Shown: one piece after another, positions 51,919-61,404 of the stretch
Position numbering within the stretch: the stretch's first letter is position 1
Layout of the letters: the number at the start of each line of letters is the position of its first letter
Origin: an uncultured delta proteobacterium
Lineage (GTDB): Bacteria > Myxococcota_A > UBA9160 > UBA4427
Reading direction: 5' to 3'
Assembly: GCA_963822965.1 (NCBI GenBank)
Contig: CAWGJT010000007.1
Location: 32,001-96,000, forward strand
DNA length: 64,000 nucleotides
Made by a program: the position numbers and the translations under genes
The notes under the pieces: model-generated
Told to the model about the DNA's origin: nothing
Seen by the model: only the letters and a program-made list of their open reading frames with translations
The model's database searches: none

Positions 51919-54117
51919 TCAGCGATTGTGTGGAACGACGACGGTTGTGGCGCGAGTCGCCGCATTTCCCGATGCGTCGGAGCACTCGACCGTGATCGTG
52001 TAGACCCGCCCGCTTCTGCCTCCCGCGCGCTCGGCTCGCAGCGCGACGTCCAGGTTCCCCGTGATCTTCCAATCCGGGGCGGTCTTGCCCGAGCCTCGGC
52101 CGACGACCGGCTCGTTGCTCGTGACCGAGAGGACGTGGCACGACTCGGCGACCGATGGATCACAGACGTCGCTGGCGCTCACGGACAGGCTGACGGGCAC
52201 GAACTTGTGATTCGGCGGCCACAACGACGCGGGCGTCGCGCTCAGGCTGTCGATCGACGGCGCGGTCGCGTCGACGACGCTCACGTCGGCGTCGCAAGAG
52301 TCCGAGGTGAAGCCGTCGCTGACGTCGAGATCGACGGAAAACGCGCCGGTCCCGCTGAAGGCGACGGACGGCATCGAGCCGGTCGTGGTTCCTCCGACGA
52401 ACGGCCCCGTCCACGTGTAATCGAGGGCATCCCCGTCCGGGTCACTCGATCCGGTTCCGTCCAGCATCACGACCGTGGAAGAACCGGAGCATTCGGCCTG
52501 GTAGGGGCCGTCTGCGTCGCAGACCGGCGGCCGGTTGGGAGTCAGTACATACAACTCCTGCTCGCGGAAGCCCGGACCGTTGTCCTCTCGGTTGTCGATC
52601 CACGCCCCGTAGAAGGTCCCGTCTGTGTCGCCGGGAGCTGCGCCGGAATCGGACCCCATGTAGTGATCGAAATACGCGTTGTTCGCACGGAAGTCGGAGG
52701 TCTCGCTGCTGATTCGCTCCATGGGCGAATAGCTGAAGCCGCCGTCGGTCGAGCGAACGTAGTAGACGTTCACCGTCCCGCGCGTCGCGTCGCCCGTCGT
52801 AGAGAAGAAGTGTGACTCGATCTCGCCACTGAACGGGTTGACGGCCAGGGTCGCGAGGAAGTGATCGTTCTTCGCAGGAGCGTCGTTGCTCAGGCTGACC
52901 GTCGCCTGGACGTTGGGAAACGCGACGGCAGTCGGCGCGAGGACGGCGACGAAGCTGTCGAGCGTGTCGTCACTCGACGAGGCCGTGCACTTCGTCGTGC
53001 CGTTGTCCCGCAGGTCGCCGAAGACGACGTACACGCGGTTGTCCGGGCCTGCCTCGACGAACTGCGCGGGGCTCGGGGGCGACACGTCGGGCTCCGCAGG
53101 GATCGGGCACGCGAGCTTCTTGAAGCCGGCGGGCTGTAGCGGATCCTGGGGCGGGAAGTGGAGGTTGGCGACCACCTCGTCCCCGCCCAGCCAGGTCGCG
53201 GCGGCCGCGCAATCCTCTGCGGCAAGGCAACGGTCGATCTCGACCGTATTGGCGATCTCGTCGACCCAGGTCACGTAGACGTCGCCGGTGGGCGTCGCCG
53301 TGACCGAGCCGGCGAAGGGGTTCGAGTTGCTGTCCGACGAAGCCACATCGACCGGCTGCGACCAGTTGTCCGGATCGTCGCAATGGGCCGGGTCGTAGAT
53401 TCCGCCCGGACGCGTCTGGCATTGCGAGATGACGATCCTCGAGAACGCCCCGCTCCCGGAGGCGGGCAGGGGCGACCAGACGACGTAGAGCGTCCCGCGC
53501 TTCGGACTCCCGGGCCAGTCGTCGATCCCGAGCAGGGGCTTGTCCTGGAACGCGGCCGTGGTCGGATCGGCGGCCGGAATCGCGGTGGTGATGCTCTGGA
53601 AATCCGTGGCCCCCGGCGCGAGCCTGTTGATGACGACGTGACACATCAAGGGGTTGCCGCCCGGTACACAGTCGCGCTGGCTGGGGGAATTCTTGGTGAC
53701 CGCGCCGTACCAGAAAGTGCCCTCCCGGTCTGCGACCAGCGTGGGATCGGCGATCAGGATGGACTCGACGGTCTGGCCATCCACACCGGTCTCGCTCTGG
53801 GGAAGCACCACCGTGTCCGAGAGCAATCGGAGCACCACCGAGCCCGGCTTCATGTAGTGATCGGAGATCCATGCCGGCATCGACGCGAAGCCGATGGGAT
53901 TCGTCGCCGCGACGACGCGCGACGGGTCGTTCGGTTGCACCGCAACCACCGGCTCGGTCTGGAACCTGTCGTCCGAGCTGACGTTCTGGTCGAATGCGTC
54001 CCCGCTCACGGCCGCTCCCGCCCCGCCGCCCACGACGAGGCTGACGATGACGGTCAGGTGTGCGGCCAGCACGGCCGAGCGGATGCGGAGATTCTTCAGC
54101 GGAAAATAGAGCTTCAT
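51919..54117 (-). CDS. Large secreted protein: BNR/Asp-box propeller-like region, PKD-like domain and C-terminal WPPNHK domain
   Basis: GGAGG RBS, signal peptide, RSTDGG Asp-box, LDGTGSSDPDGDALDYTW, LWPPNHK...LRAER...GRVYTI. Confidence 0.8.
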   Translation of the reverse strand: MKLYFPLKNLRIRSAVLAAHLTVIVSLVVGGGAGAAVSGDAFDQNVSSDDRFQTEPVVAVQPNDPSRVVAATNPIGFASMPAWISDHYMKPGSVVLRLLSDTVVLPQSETGVDGQTVESILIADPTLVADREGTFWYGAVTKNSPSQRDCVPGGNPLMCHVVINRLAPGATDFQSITTAIPAADPTTAAFQDKPLLGIDDWPGSPKRGTLYVVWSPLPASGSGAFSRIVISQCQTRPGGIYDPAHCDDPDNWSQPVDVASSDSNSNPFAGSVTATPTGDVYVTWVDEIANTVEIDRCLAAEDCAAAATWLGGDEVVANLHFPPQDPLQPAGFKKLACPIPAEPDVSPPSPAQFVEAGPDNRVYVVFGDLRDNGTTKCTASSSDDTLDSFVAVLAPTAVAFPNVQATVSLSNDAPAKNDHFLATLAVNPFSGEIESHFFSTTGDATRGTVNVYYVRSTDGGFSYSPMERISSETSDFRANNAYFDHYMGSDSGAAPGDTDGTFYGAWIDNREDNGPGFREQELYVLTPNRPPVCDADGPYQAECSGSSTVVMLDGTGSSDPDGDALDYTWTGPFVGGTTTGSMPSVAFSGTGAFSVDLDVSDGFTSDSCDADVSVVDATAPSIDSLSATPASLWPPNHKFVPVSLSVSASDVCDPSVAESCHVLSVTSNEPVVGRGSGKTAPDWKITGNLDVALRAERAGGRSGRVYTITVECSDASGNAATRATTVVVPHNR

Positions 54118-54658
54118 GACACGGCCTCCAGGATCGACGGCGAGCGTCGGGGGGAAGCGGAAGCGCGAAGAAAACCACGACGTCCGATCTCACGACTCGG
54201 TGATCGCACCTCCGCTGGGACTCGAACTCGAAAGCGTATCGCACGCCGGGCCGCGCACGAGCGCGGACCGGCATCGCGCCGACACTCTGCGGCGAGCGGG
54301 AACTCCGATTCGCCGACGGGAATCCCCTGGCGATGCGCCTTCCCGCCACACGTGTGGTGCAAGCCTCGTCACCTCGAAGCTTCGGCGGCGACTTTCCGCC
54401 CCGGGGAGCGGGATCGAAGGCGGCCGGATCGACGAACAGAAACGAAAGCAGATCCGAGTGGTCGCCCGGAAATCCCGAGCTGTGCGAGTCTCCTGAAACG
54501 GTCGTATCGGCCGGAGAGGAGGGGATAAGCATCATAAGGGGATGGCGTCTGCGAGCGAGCGACGTAGAGTCCCCGAGAAGCGATAGGTTGGTGCCTCCCG
54601 GCCCCGTTGGACATCCTCGAGTTGGACGAACGACAACCCCCAACGAGAGGAGGCACCG

Positions 54659-55928
54659 ATGGAACGCTACATCGGGATGGACGTTCACGCCGCGAGCTGC
54701 ACGCTGGCGGTGATCTCCGAGAAGGGACGCAAGCTCAAGGACTTCCCGGTCGAGACCAACGGCCAGGCGCTGGTCGAAGCGGTCCGGATGATCCCGGGGC
54801 ACAAGCACCTGATCTTCGAGGAGGGCCTGCAGAGCGCCTGGCTGTACGAGACGCTGCGTCCACACGTCGACGAGCTGGTGGTGGCCGGGATCACGGAGAG
54901 CCGGGGAGCTGAAGAGCGACAAGCGCGACGCCTACGCGCTGGCCGAGAAGCTGCGGGTGGGCAACCTCGAGAAGAGTGTCTTCAAGGCGCCTCGGCAGTT
55001 CACCCGCCTGCGCGAGCTCTCGCGCATCCACATGACGCTGGTCGGCGACGTCGTGCGGGCGCAGTCGAGGCTCAAGAGCTTGTACCGCGCTCGCGGCGTT
55101 CCCGTCTCGGGCGAGAACGTGTATGGGATGCGTCATCGCGAGGCGTGGCAGGCTCAGCTGCCGGCCAGCGCGCAGGCGAGAGCGACGAGGCTGTACGCAC
55201 ACTTCGACTTCCTGCTGGAGCAGAAGGGCGAGGCGGAGGCCGACCTTCTTCGCGAGGCGAAGAAGCACCCGATCGTCGGCATCCTGGAGACGGCACCGGG
55301 CTTCGGGCCGATCCGCGCCGCTCGGCTGGTGCCCATCGTCGTGACACCGCATCGCTTTCGGACGAGGCGGCAGTTCTGGAGCTACTGCGGCCTGGGGATC
55401 GCGGGGCAGCTGCGCTGCCCAAGCGCTTGCGACGCTCTGCGTCGCCGCGTGACGCGATCGAGCTCGGACTGGGTCCAGACGGCGGACGGGGCGTGGATCA
55501 AGGCGCGGGTTCCCCAGACGAGAGGTCTGTCGCGGCAGCACAACCGCTTCCTGAAGCACATCTTCAAGGGCGCGGCGACGACGGTGATCACGCAGCGCAA
55601 CAAGGATCCGATCTATGCCCGCTACCAGCGGCTCGTCGACGGCGGCACGAAGCCGACGCTCGCGAAGCTGAGCCTGGCGCGCATGATCGCAGCCACGGTG
55701 CTGCGGATGTGGAAGGACGAGGAGGAGTACGACCCCGGGCGAGCTGGCCAGTCCGCCGAGATACCGCGAAGGCTAGGCAAGGACTCGGTCGGGGGAGTCG
55801 TCGAGAGGGCAACCACTTCATCACGCAGCGGCGAAACGTGTTCGCATGCCACGCTCGGCGTGGCCGCGGAGGTGAGCATCCGTGTTCGTCCTGGCCCACG
55901 GCCCCGAGCCCCAAGGTCCGACGGATAA
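54659..55928 (+). CDS. IS110-family recombinase/transposase (frameshift near 54905; 16-aa in-frame insertion)
   Basis: YIGMDVH, FEEG, KSDKRDA (DEDD RuvC-like), PGFGPI, FWSYCGL...TRSS; conserved-looking sequence ends near WKDEEEYDP (about 55740). Confidence 0.9.
55401..55448. repeat. 48-bp symmetric double-hairpin element inside the transposase gene
   Basis: GCG | GGGCAGC-tgc-GCTGCCC | AAGCGCTT | GCGACGC-tct-GCGTCGC | CGC. Confidence 0.85.
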
Positions 55929-56126
55929 GCTATGCCCCTCCGAAGAACCCAACGAAGCGATGGCCGATCGAGGCCCAGATGGAAGGATGGTTCCCACGAT
56001 GCCGTGGAGAGCACAACCGCCAACGAATCGCGCTGCGATCGGCTTGCCCGCGAACCGGGTCTTCGGACCGAGTCACTCGTAGAAGCTCCGCCGCCGCTCC
56101 GGTGGAGCCACGAGCACCATCTCTCA
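55790..56126 (+). ncRNA. Candidate bridge/seek RNA region of the IS110 element
   Basis: About 340 bp after the conserved part of the recombinase; IS1111-type elements encode their guide RNA here; structure not computed. Confidence 0.45.
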
Positions 56127-56220
56127 ACTCGAGAGCGCCCAGCCAGAACGGGAGCAGACGCCCGGATCAAAGAATCTGCGGCGATGGGGAAAGTGCGTCT
56201 TGCGCTCCGACCCTATGGAA

Positions 56221-56301
56221 GGACGAACAAGTCCCGTTCTGGCGCGACGTCCGGGTAGGAGCCTTATGTCAATCGCCCTCCGGGGTCCCGGCGGCGGGGC
56301 T
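56221..56301 (+). repeat. Repeat with dif-like core at 56247-56274
   Basis: ACGTCCGGGTA-GGAGCC-TTATGTCAATC; near-identical to 57980-58060. Confidence 0.8.
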
Positions 56302-56385
56302 CGCCGGGTCGGGTGGGCTGGCGGCGGCGAAGGTCTAGACTGGCTCGCGTGGAGCCGACCATGTGGCAAGAGGGAGGACCGACTC

Positions 56386-57816
56386 GTGCTGGCTGACTCC
56401 GTGACAAGAGGGACGGCGTCCCGTCCGGTCGCGCCGTGGGGCAGTGCGCTGCTCGTGGCGCTGGGGCTCGCGGTTGCCGCCGCCGGGGTCCACTGGCCGA
56501 TCCTGCACAACGGATTCGTGGGCTTCGACGATCCGACGTACGTCCTGAACGTTCCGGAGGTCATGTCGGGGCCGAGCTGGAGCAGCGTCGGTTGGGCCTT
56601 CACCAGCATCGACGGCTCCAACTACTTCCCGGTGACCCGGCTCTCCTGGATGCTCGACGCGGGGCTCTACGGCCGAAACCCCCGTGGCTTCCACGCGACG
56701 AGCCTGGCGCTGCACGCCTTGAACGTGGCGCTCTTCTTCCTGGCGCTCTTCCGGCTCACCCGGGCGCTCGTCCCGAGCGCATTCGTGGCGGCGGTCTTCG
56801 CCGTCCACCCCCTGCACGTGGAGTCCGTGGCATGGGTGGCGGCCCGCAAGGACCTGTGGGCGGGTTTCTTCTTCTGCCTGACCCTGCTCTTCCACGAGCG
56901 ACGCGCGCGGGGAACGCATCCCCTCGCGTGGAGCGTTGCCCTGGCGCTGGCGCTCGCCGCGGGCCTGCTTGCCAAGCCCGTCCTGGTGACGCTCCCCTTC
57001 CTCCTGCTGCTGCTGGACTTCTGGCCGCTGGGCCGATGGCGCAGGGGTCGGATCGCCGGTCTCTTCCGTGAGAAGGCCGCGCTCTTCGCGCTCGTCCTGG
57101 CGAGCAGCGCAATCACCCTCTTCGTGCAGGAGGGGGCCATGGCGCCGAGCGTGCTCTTCCCGCTGTCGCAGCGTCTCCTCAGCACCGCCGTCGGCTACGT
57201 GGAGTACGTCGAACGCGCGATCTTCCCGCATGATCTCGCGGTCCTGTACCCGATCGCCCGGAATGCGGTCGTCCGTTTCTGGCTCGGGGTGCCGGCCCTG
57301 GCTGCCGTGAGCGTGATCGCGATCCACCAGAGGGATCGCTGGCCCTGGCTCTTCGTGGGTTGGTTCTGGTTCGTCGGCATGCTGGTGCCGACGACGGGGC
57401 TGGTGCAGGTGGGCACCCAGGCCACCGCCGATCGGTACGTCTATCTGCCACTCGCCGGTCTCTCGATCTGCATCGCGTGGGGGACGCGGAGTCTCCTGGC
57501 GCGCGTCCCTCCGGACGCTCTACGACCGGCGCAGGGGCTCGTGGCCGTCGTCGCGCTCGCCTGGCTCACCTTCCTGACGGTGACCACGCGGGCGCAGATC
57601 ACCGTCTGGCGGAACAGTCGCACGCTCTTCGAGCACGCGGTCGCGGTGACCGAGAACAACCCGGGAGCGCTGTATCGGCTCGGGCTGCTCGAGCAGCAGC
57701 TGGGAGAGCGCGCCAGCGCCATCGCGCACTACGAGCAGGCCCTGCGGCTGGAGCCGTCCAATCCAACAATCCGGGGGCTGCTCGAGCAGGCGCGAGGCCA
57801 GCGACGCGCTCCGTGA
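56386..57816 (+). CDS. TMTC-like membrane glycosyltransferase (GT-C fold) with C-terminal TPR
   Basis: GFDDPTYV, NYFPVT, HPLHVESVAWV, ADRYVYLP, VWRNSRTLF, one TPR unit. Confidence 0.85.
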   Translation: MLADSVTRGTASRPVAPWGSALLVALGLAVAAAGVHWPILHNGFVGFDDPTYVLNVPEVMSGPSWSSVGWAFTSIDGSNYFPVTRLSWMLDAGLYGRNPRGFHATSLALHALNVALFFLALFRLTRALVPSAFVAAVFAVHPLHVESVAWVAARKDLWAGFFFCLTLLFHERRARGTHPLAWSVALALALAAGLLAKPVLVTLPFLLLLLDFWPLGRWRRGRIAGLFREKAALFALVLASSAITLFVQEGAMAPSVLFPLSQRLLSTAVGYVEYVERAIFPHDLAVLYPIARNAVVRFWLGVPALAAVSVIAIHQRDRWPWLFVGWFWFVGMLVPTTGLVQVGTQATADRYVYLPLAGLSICIAWGTRSLLARVPPDALRPAQGLVAVVALAWLTFLTVTTRAQITVWRNSRTLFEHAVAVTENNPGALYRLGLLEQQLGERASAIAHYEQALRLEPSNPTIRGLLEQARGQRRAP

Positions 57817-57979
57817 AGGCCCCGGCTACGCCCGCGTCTCGACGTCGGACCGGCGGGTCGAAGACCTCGCGACCCGACCCGCTCGGCGCAAGCCGGTCGC
57901 GATCGACGGTCGGCCGCGTCGCCCGGGCCTCACGAAGCCTGCCGCTCCTCGATGCGCACCCCGCTCTCCGCGGAGGACA

Positions 57980-58060
57980 GGACGGACAAGTCGCGTTCTT
58001 GGCGAAGGTCCGAGTAGGAGCCTTATGTCAATCGCCCTCCGGGGTCCGGCGGCGGGGCTC
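57980..58060 (+). repeat. Repeat with dif-like core at 58006-58033
   Basis: AGGTCCGAGTA-GGAGCC-TTATGTCAATC; direct repeat of 56221-56301. Confidence 0.8.
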
Positions 58061-58091
58061 TCCGGCTGAGACGACCCGGGAGGCGACGCAC

Positions 58092-58760
58092 ATGTCCCTG
58101 ATCGCGGATCTCTTCGGACGCTCGCCGATCCGGCCCATGCAGCGCCACATGGAGGCGGCGGTGGGCTGCGCGCGCGAGGTGCTGCCCCTGGTCGAGGCGA
58201 TGGCCGCGGGCGACGTCGCCGGCATCGCCGCCTGCCGCGCCCGGATCGACCAGCTCGAGCACGAAGCGGACCGGATCAAGAACGAGATCCGCAGCCACCT
58301 GCCCAAGCGCCTCTTCATGGCGGTCGAGCGCCGGGACATGCTCGAGATCCTCGACTACCAGGACCCCATCGTCGACAAGGCCCAGGACGTGGCGGAGCTG
58401 GCCGACCTGCGGGCCATGACCCTGTCCCCGGACCTGGCGGCACCCGTGCTGGATCTCGTGCGGCGGGTGGTGAGCGCCCGCGAGCAGGCCGAGCGCATCG
58501 TGAACGAGCTCGACGAGCTGGTCGAGACCGGGTTCCACGGGCGCGAGGTGACGCGCGTCGAGGAGATGATCGACCAGCTGGGGCGGATCGAGAGCGACAC
58601 CGACGACCTGGCCGACCGCGCGGTACGCCAGATCTTCGCCCGCGAGGCCGAGCTGGGCGTCGCGACCGTCTTCCTCTACGACTGGGTGGGCTGGATCGGC
58701 GACATGGCGGGCTATTCTGAACGCGTCGGGAACCGGCTCCGGCTCCTGATCGCGCGTTGA
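58092..58760 (+). CDS. DUF47 / PhoU-like phosphate transport regulator
   Basis: GGAGG RBS; LFGRSPIRPMQRHM, LEHEADRIK, LFMAVERRD, IESDTD. Confidence 0.9.
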   Translation: MSLIADLFGRSPIRPMQRHMEAAVGCAREVLPLVEAMAAGDVAGIAACRARIDQLEHEADRIKNEIRSHLPKRLFMAVERRDMLEILDYQDPIVDKAQDVAELADLRAMTLSPDLAAPVLDLVRRVVSAREQAERIVNELDELVETGFHGREVTRVEEMIDQLGRIESDTDDLADRAVRQIFAREAELGVATVFLYDWVGWIGDMAGYSERVGNRLRLLIAR

Positions 58761-58779
58761 CGGCGGCCGGCTAGCTTAG

Positions 58780-59832
58780 CTAGGGCTGGGGGTCGCGGCT
58801 TGTTCGGCGGGGCTGGACAGCGGGGCCGGCCCCGGGCGCCGCGGCCCAGCCGGCGCCCCGAATGGCCGCCACGGTCAAGCGCATCCGGTCCAGCCGGTGC
58901 GCGACGTAGCCATGCGATCGGCCGTCGATCCAACCAGGCTCCTCGATCGCCAGCCGTTCCCAGAAGGGAATCGCGGCCCGCACGTCGTAGCCGGCCCGGG
59001 CCGCGAGCTCGAGCCCCAGGTCGTCCGCCGCCAGCTCGAGCCCCACGATCTGCGCCTGGTGGTAGGCGTGGCGTCGGCGACTCGCCTCGCGCGGGTCGCC
59101 AGCCGTTTCCAGCGGACCATGGGCGACGAGGTGCGCCAGCACCATGGCCAGCTCGTCCTCCGACCGCGTCAGGTCCATCACGCCCCGGCTCACCGTGATC
59201 GTGTAGAGCCACCGGTCGGGAGATCGCTCGACCCGCAGGCCCTCGCTCGCCAGGAGGATGTCGTCCACCTCCTCGAGCGCGACGCGGTCGCGGCAGCCTG
59301 GGACCGGCTCGACCGTGAGATCCAGCGAACCCTCTCCCCGCCGCACCCGGATCGTGAACGGATCGGCCCCCGGGACGACGTCCTCGGCGATGCGCTTCTC
59401 GAGGGCGTCGGCGTCCCGGATCTCGCGTCCGTTGACGGCCACGATGCCATCGCCCACGCGGGCCCCCGCCCGGGCCAGGGGAGAGTCCGGCGCCAGCGCT
59501 GCGATCGTCTGCTCCTCGCCGAGATCGAACACCCGCTCGGCAGCGCGCCGGAGGATCGGATCGCGCCGGTAGTCCGCCGGGTCCACGAGGTACGCCCCCA
59601 GCAGCGCCACCACGTTGGGCCGGCACGCCAGAGCCCCCGCCCGACGAACCCGCTCGCTCACCCGGATCAGCTCGTCCCAGCGCTCCCGACTCTCCTCGAG
59701 GGCCGCCACGACGAATGCCACCCGGGTGTCCTCGGCGATGTCCCGGTCTCGCTGACCGGGTCGGTCGAGGCGAGGCGCGCACGCGAGCGCGACCGCCAGG
59801 GCCGCCAGGCCCGAGGCGAGCCGGCGCGTCAT
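58780..59832 (-). CDS. PDZ plus M48-like lipoprotein with degenerate zinc motif
   Basis: ALAC lipobox, ARAGARVGDGIVAVNG (PDZ), SEDELAMVLAHLVAH, ELAADDLG...AGYD. Confidence 0.75.
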   Translation of the reverse strand: MTRRLASGLAALAVALACAPRLDRPGQRDRDIAEDTRVAFVVAALEESRERWDELIRVSERVRRAGALACRPNVVALLGAYLVDPADYRRDPILRRAAERVFDLGEEQTIAALAPDSPLARAGARVGDGIVAVNGREIRDADALEKRIAEDVVPGADPFTIRVRRGEGSLDLTVEPVPGCRDRVALEEVDDILLASEGLRVERSPDRWLYTITVSRGVMDLTRSEDELAMVLAHLVAHGPLETAGDPREASRRRHAYHQAQIVGLELAADDLGLELAARAGYDVRAAIPFWERLAIEEPGWIDGRSHGYVAHRLDRMRLTVAAIRGAGWAAAPGAGPAVQPRRTSRDPQP

Positions 59833-60755
59833 GGCTCGCGGTACTCCGGGACCAGGGGCTCCCCCCGTTCCCGCTTGTCCCGGATCTCGCGCGCCGTGGC
59901 CTCGAGGGCCTGGATGCGCGCGGGATCCGTGGGATGCGAACGCCTCACGTGATACAGGTCGTCCCAGACGTCCAGGCGGGAGCGACGAAGCCAGAGGGCC
60001 GCCGCCTGGCCCGGATCGTATCCTCCGCGCGCCGCCAGATAGCTCCCGAGGTAATCGGACTCGGCCTCCCAGCGCGGCTCGAACGCGAACCCGAGATGCT
60101 TCAGGATGTTGTGTGCGAGCTCGTGTCCGAGGATCGACGCGAGCTCGTCGTCGCTCTGGACGAAGCGCATCATGCCCGTGGTGACCACGACGTGGTGGTG
60201 GAAGCCGAAGGCGTTCACCTCCGAGGACAGGTACAGCGACGGGGCCTCCTCGCAACCCTGCACGTTCTCGACCGAGACGACGTGCTTCGCTCCCTCCCGC
60301 GCGAACTCGACGTCGAAGCGGGTCCGGGACGGGTCGACCCGGAGACCGCGGACGTCGTCCGGCTCGTCGACCCCCTTCCCGTCGATCCGCAGCAGCAGGT
60401 CGCCCTCTCGCAACCCGGCGCGATCGGCCGCCAGGCCCTCGACGACGGCGAAGATCCGCGGGCGGTCGCTCCGCGCGAGGCGGGCCCGCGCGGCGAAGTC
60501 CCTGTAGTCGATGTCCTCCTGGGCGAAGAATGCGACGCCCAGAACCGCGTACGTGGCGTCGCACAGCTCGCCGGCGGCCGTCCGCACTCGCGCCGCGATC
60601 CGGACGAGCCGGACCGCGCGCTCCTTGAAGCGCGCGAGCGCTGCGGCCGTCAGCCGCTCCTCGTCCGGCAGCCGCGACTCTGCCGCGAGTGCGGCGCGCG
60701 GAGACGCCGTTCCGAGGACGAGGGTCAGGCTCGCCGCGGCCAGGATCCGCATCAT
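59829..60755 (-). CDS. PDZ plus M48-family metalloprotease
   Basis: Signal peptide, AGLREGDLLLRIDG, VNAF, GHELAH, EAESD, SHP. Confidence 0.85.
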   Translation of the reverse strand: MMRILAAASLTLVLGTASPRAALAAESRLPDEERLTAAALARFKERAVRLVRIAARVRTAAGELCDATYAVLGVAFFAQEDIDYRDFAARARLARSDRPRIFAVVEGLAADRAGLREGDLLLRIDGKGVDEPDDVRGLRVDPSRTRFDVEFAREGAKHVVSVENVQGCEEAPSLYLSSEVNAFGFHHHVVVTTGMMRFVQSDDELASILGHELAHNILKHLGFAFEPRWEAESDYLGSYLAARGGYDPGQAAALWLRRSRLDVWDDLYHVRRSHPTDPARIQALEATAREIRDKRERGEPLVPEYREP

Positions 60756-60816
60756 GGAACGGAGTTTCGCGCGCCTCCGCACGGCTCGCACCCCGCGGCG
60801 GCGGCCCGAACCGGAG

Positions 60817-61240
60817 CTACCCTCGCAGCTCCACCCGCTCGAGGAAGCCCAATGATCCGGGAATCCGATTCGCCACCGCGACGTACTGAAGGGCGTCCTC
60901 GCGGGAGATTTCGTTGACTCCCACGTGTGCTGCTTCGTTCCGGAGCATGCGGAGGTCACGCGCAGCACTGGCTGCTGACGGGACGAGGGCGCCCTTGAAG
61001 TCCAGATAGTCAACTGGTCGGCGAAGAGGCTCCTTGTAGGTCTCATCCTTCGGGACGAGCTGACTGACTTTGGCTTGGGCCGCCTGTTCAAGCTCCTTCC
61101 ATGCTTCGATCACCGCCGATGCCGGCGACACACCGACCAGCGCGTAAATCTGACTCCTTTCCTCCGAAGTGCCCGATTGAAGGAGGGCAGGATCGCCGAC
61201 ATCCGCGCTGACCTCCGCGAGCTTCTTTGACCAGCTTATG
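60817..61240 (-). pseudogene. Lower-GC fragment of a HEPN/DUF4145-like protein
   Basis: SPASAVIEAWKELE...LRMLRNEAAH (Rx4H); atypical codon usage; no convincing start. Confidence 0.5.
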
Positions 61241-61404
61241 ACGCGATGGATTGCGTAGTGGGCAGGAAATTCGCAGGGATGCGGGATTGCCAAGCTCTAC
61301 TGAATGTTGAAACCTGATTTCTCCTCTGACACATGCCACTGCCACCACGAGCCGTCGGTGCCATGGTCGTCAGCAGATCACGAGTTGAACAGGTAGATGA
61401 AATC

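Larger units (their letters stand above)
54535..56126 (+). mobile_element. IS110-family (IS1111-like layout) insertion sequence
   Basis: IS110 recombinase, long 3' non-coding end, weak subterminal inverted repeat GGGATGG/CCATCTC, TCA at both junctions; ends approximate. Confidence 0.75.

Noticed and set aside
56247..58033. Class 1 integron Pc promoter or attC sites
   Set aside because: The minus strand shares TTGACATAAG with Pc but has no -10 box, no RYYYAAC/GTTRRRY ends and no integrase.
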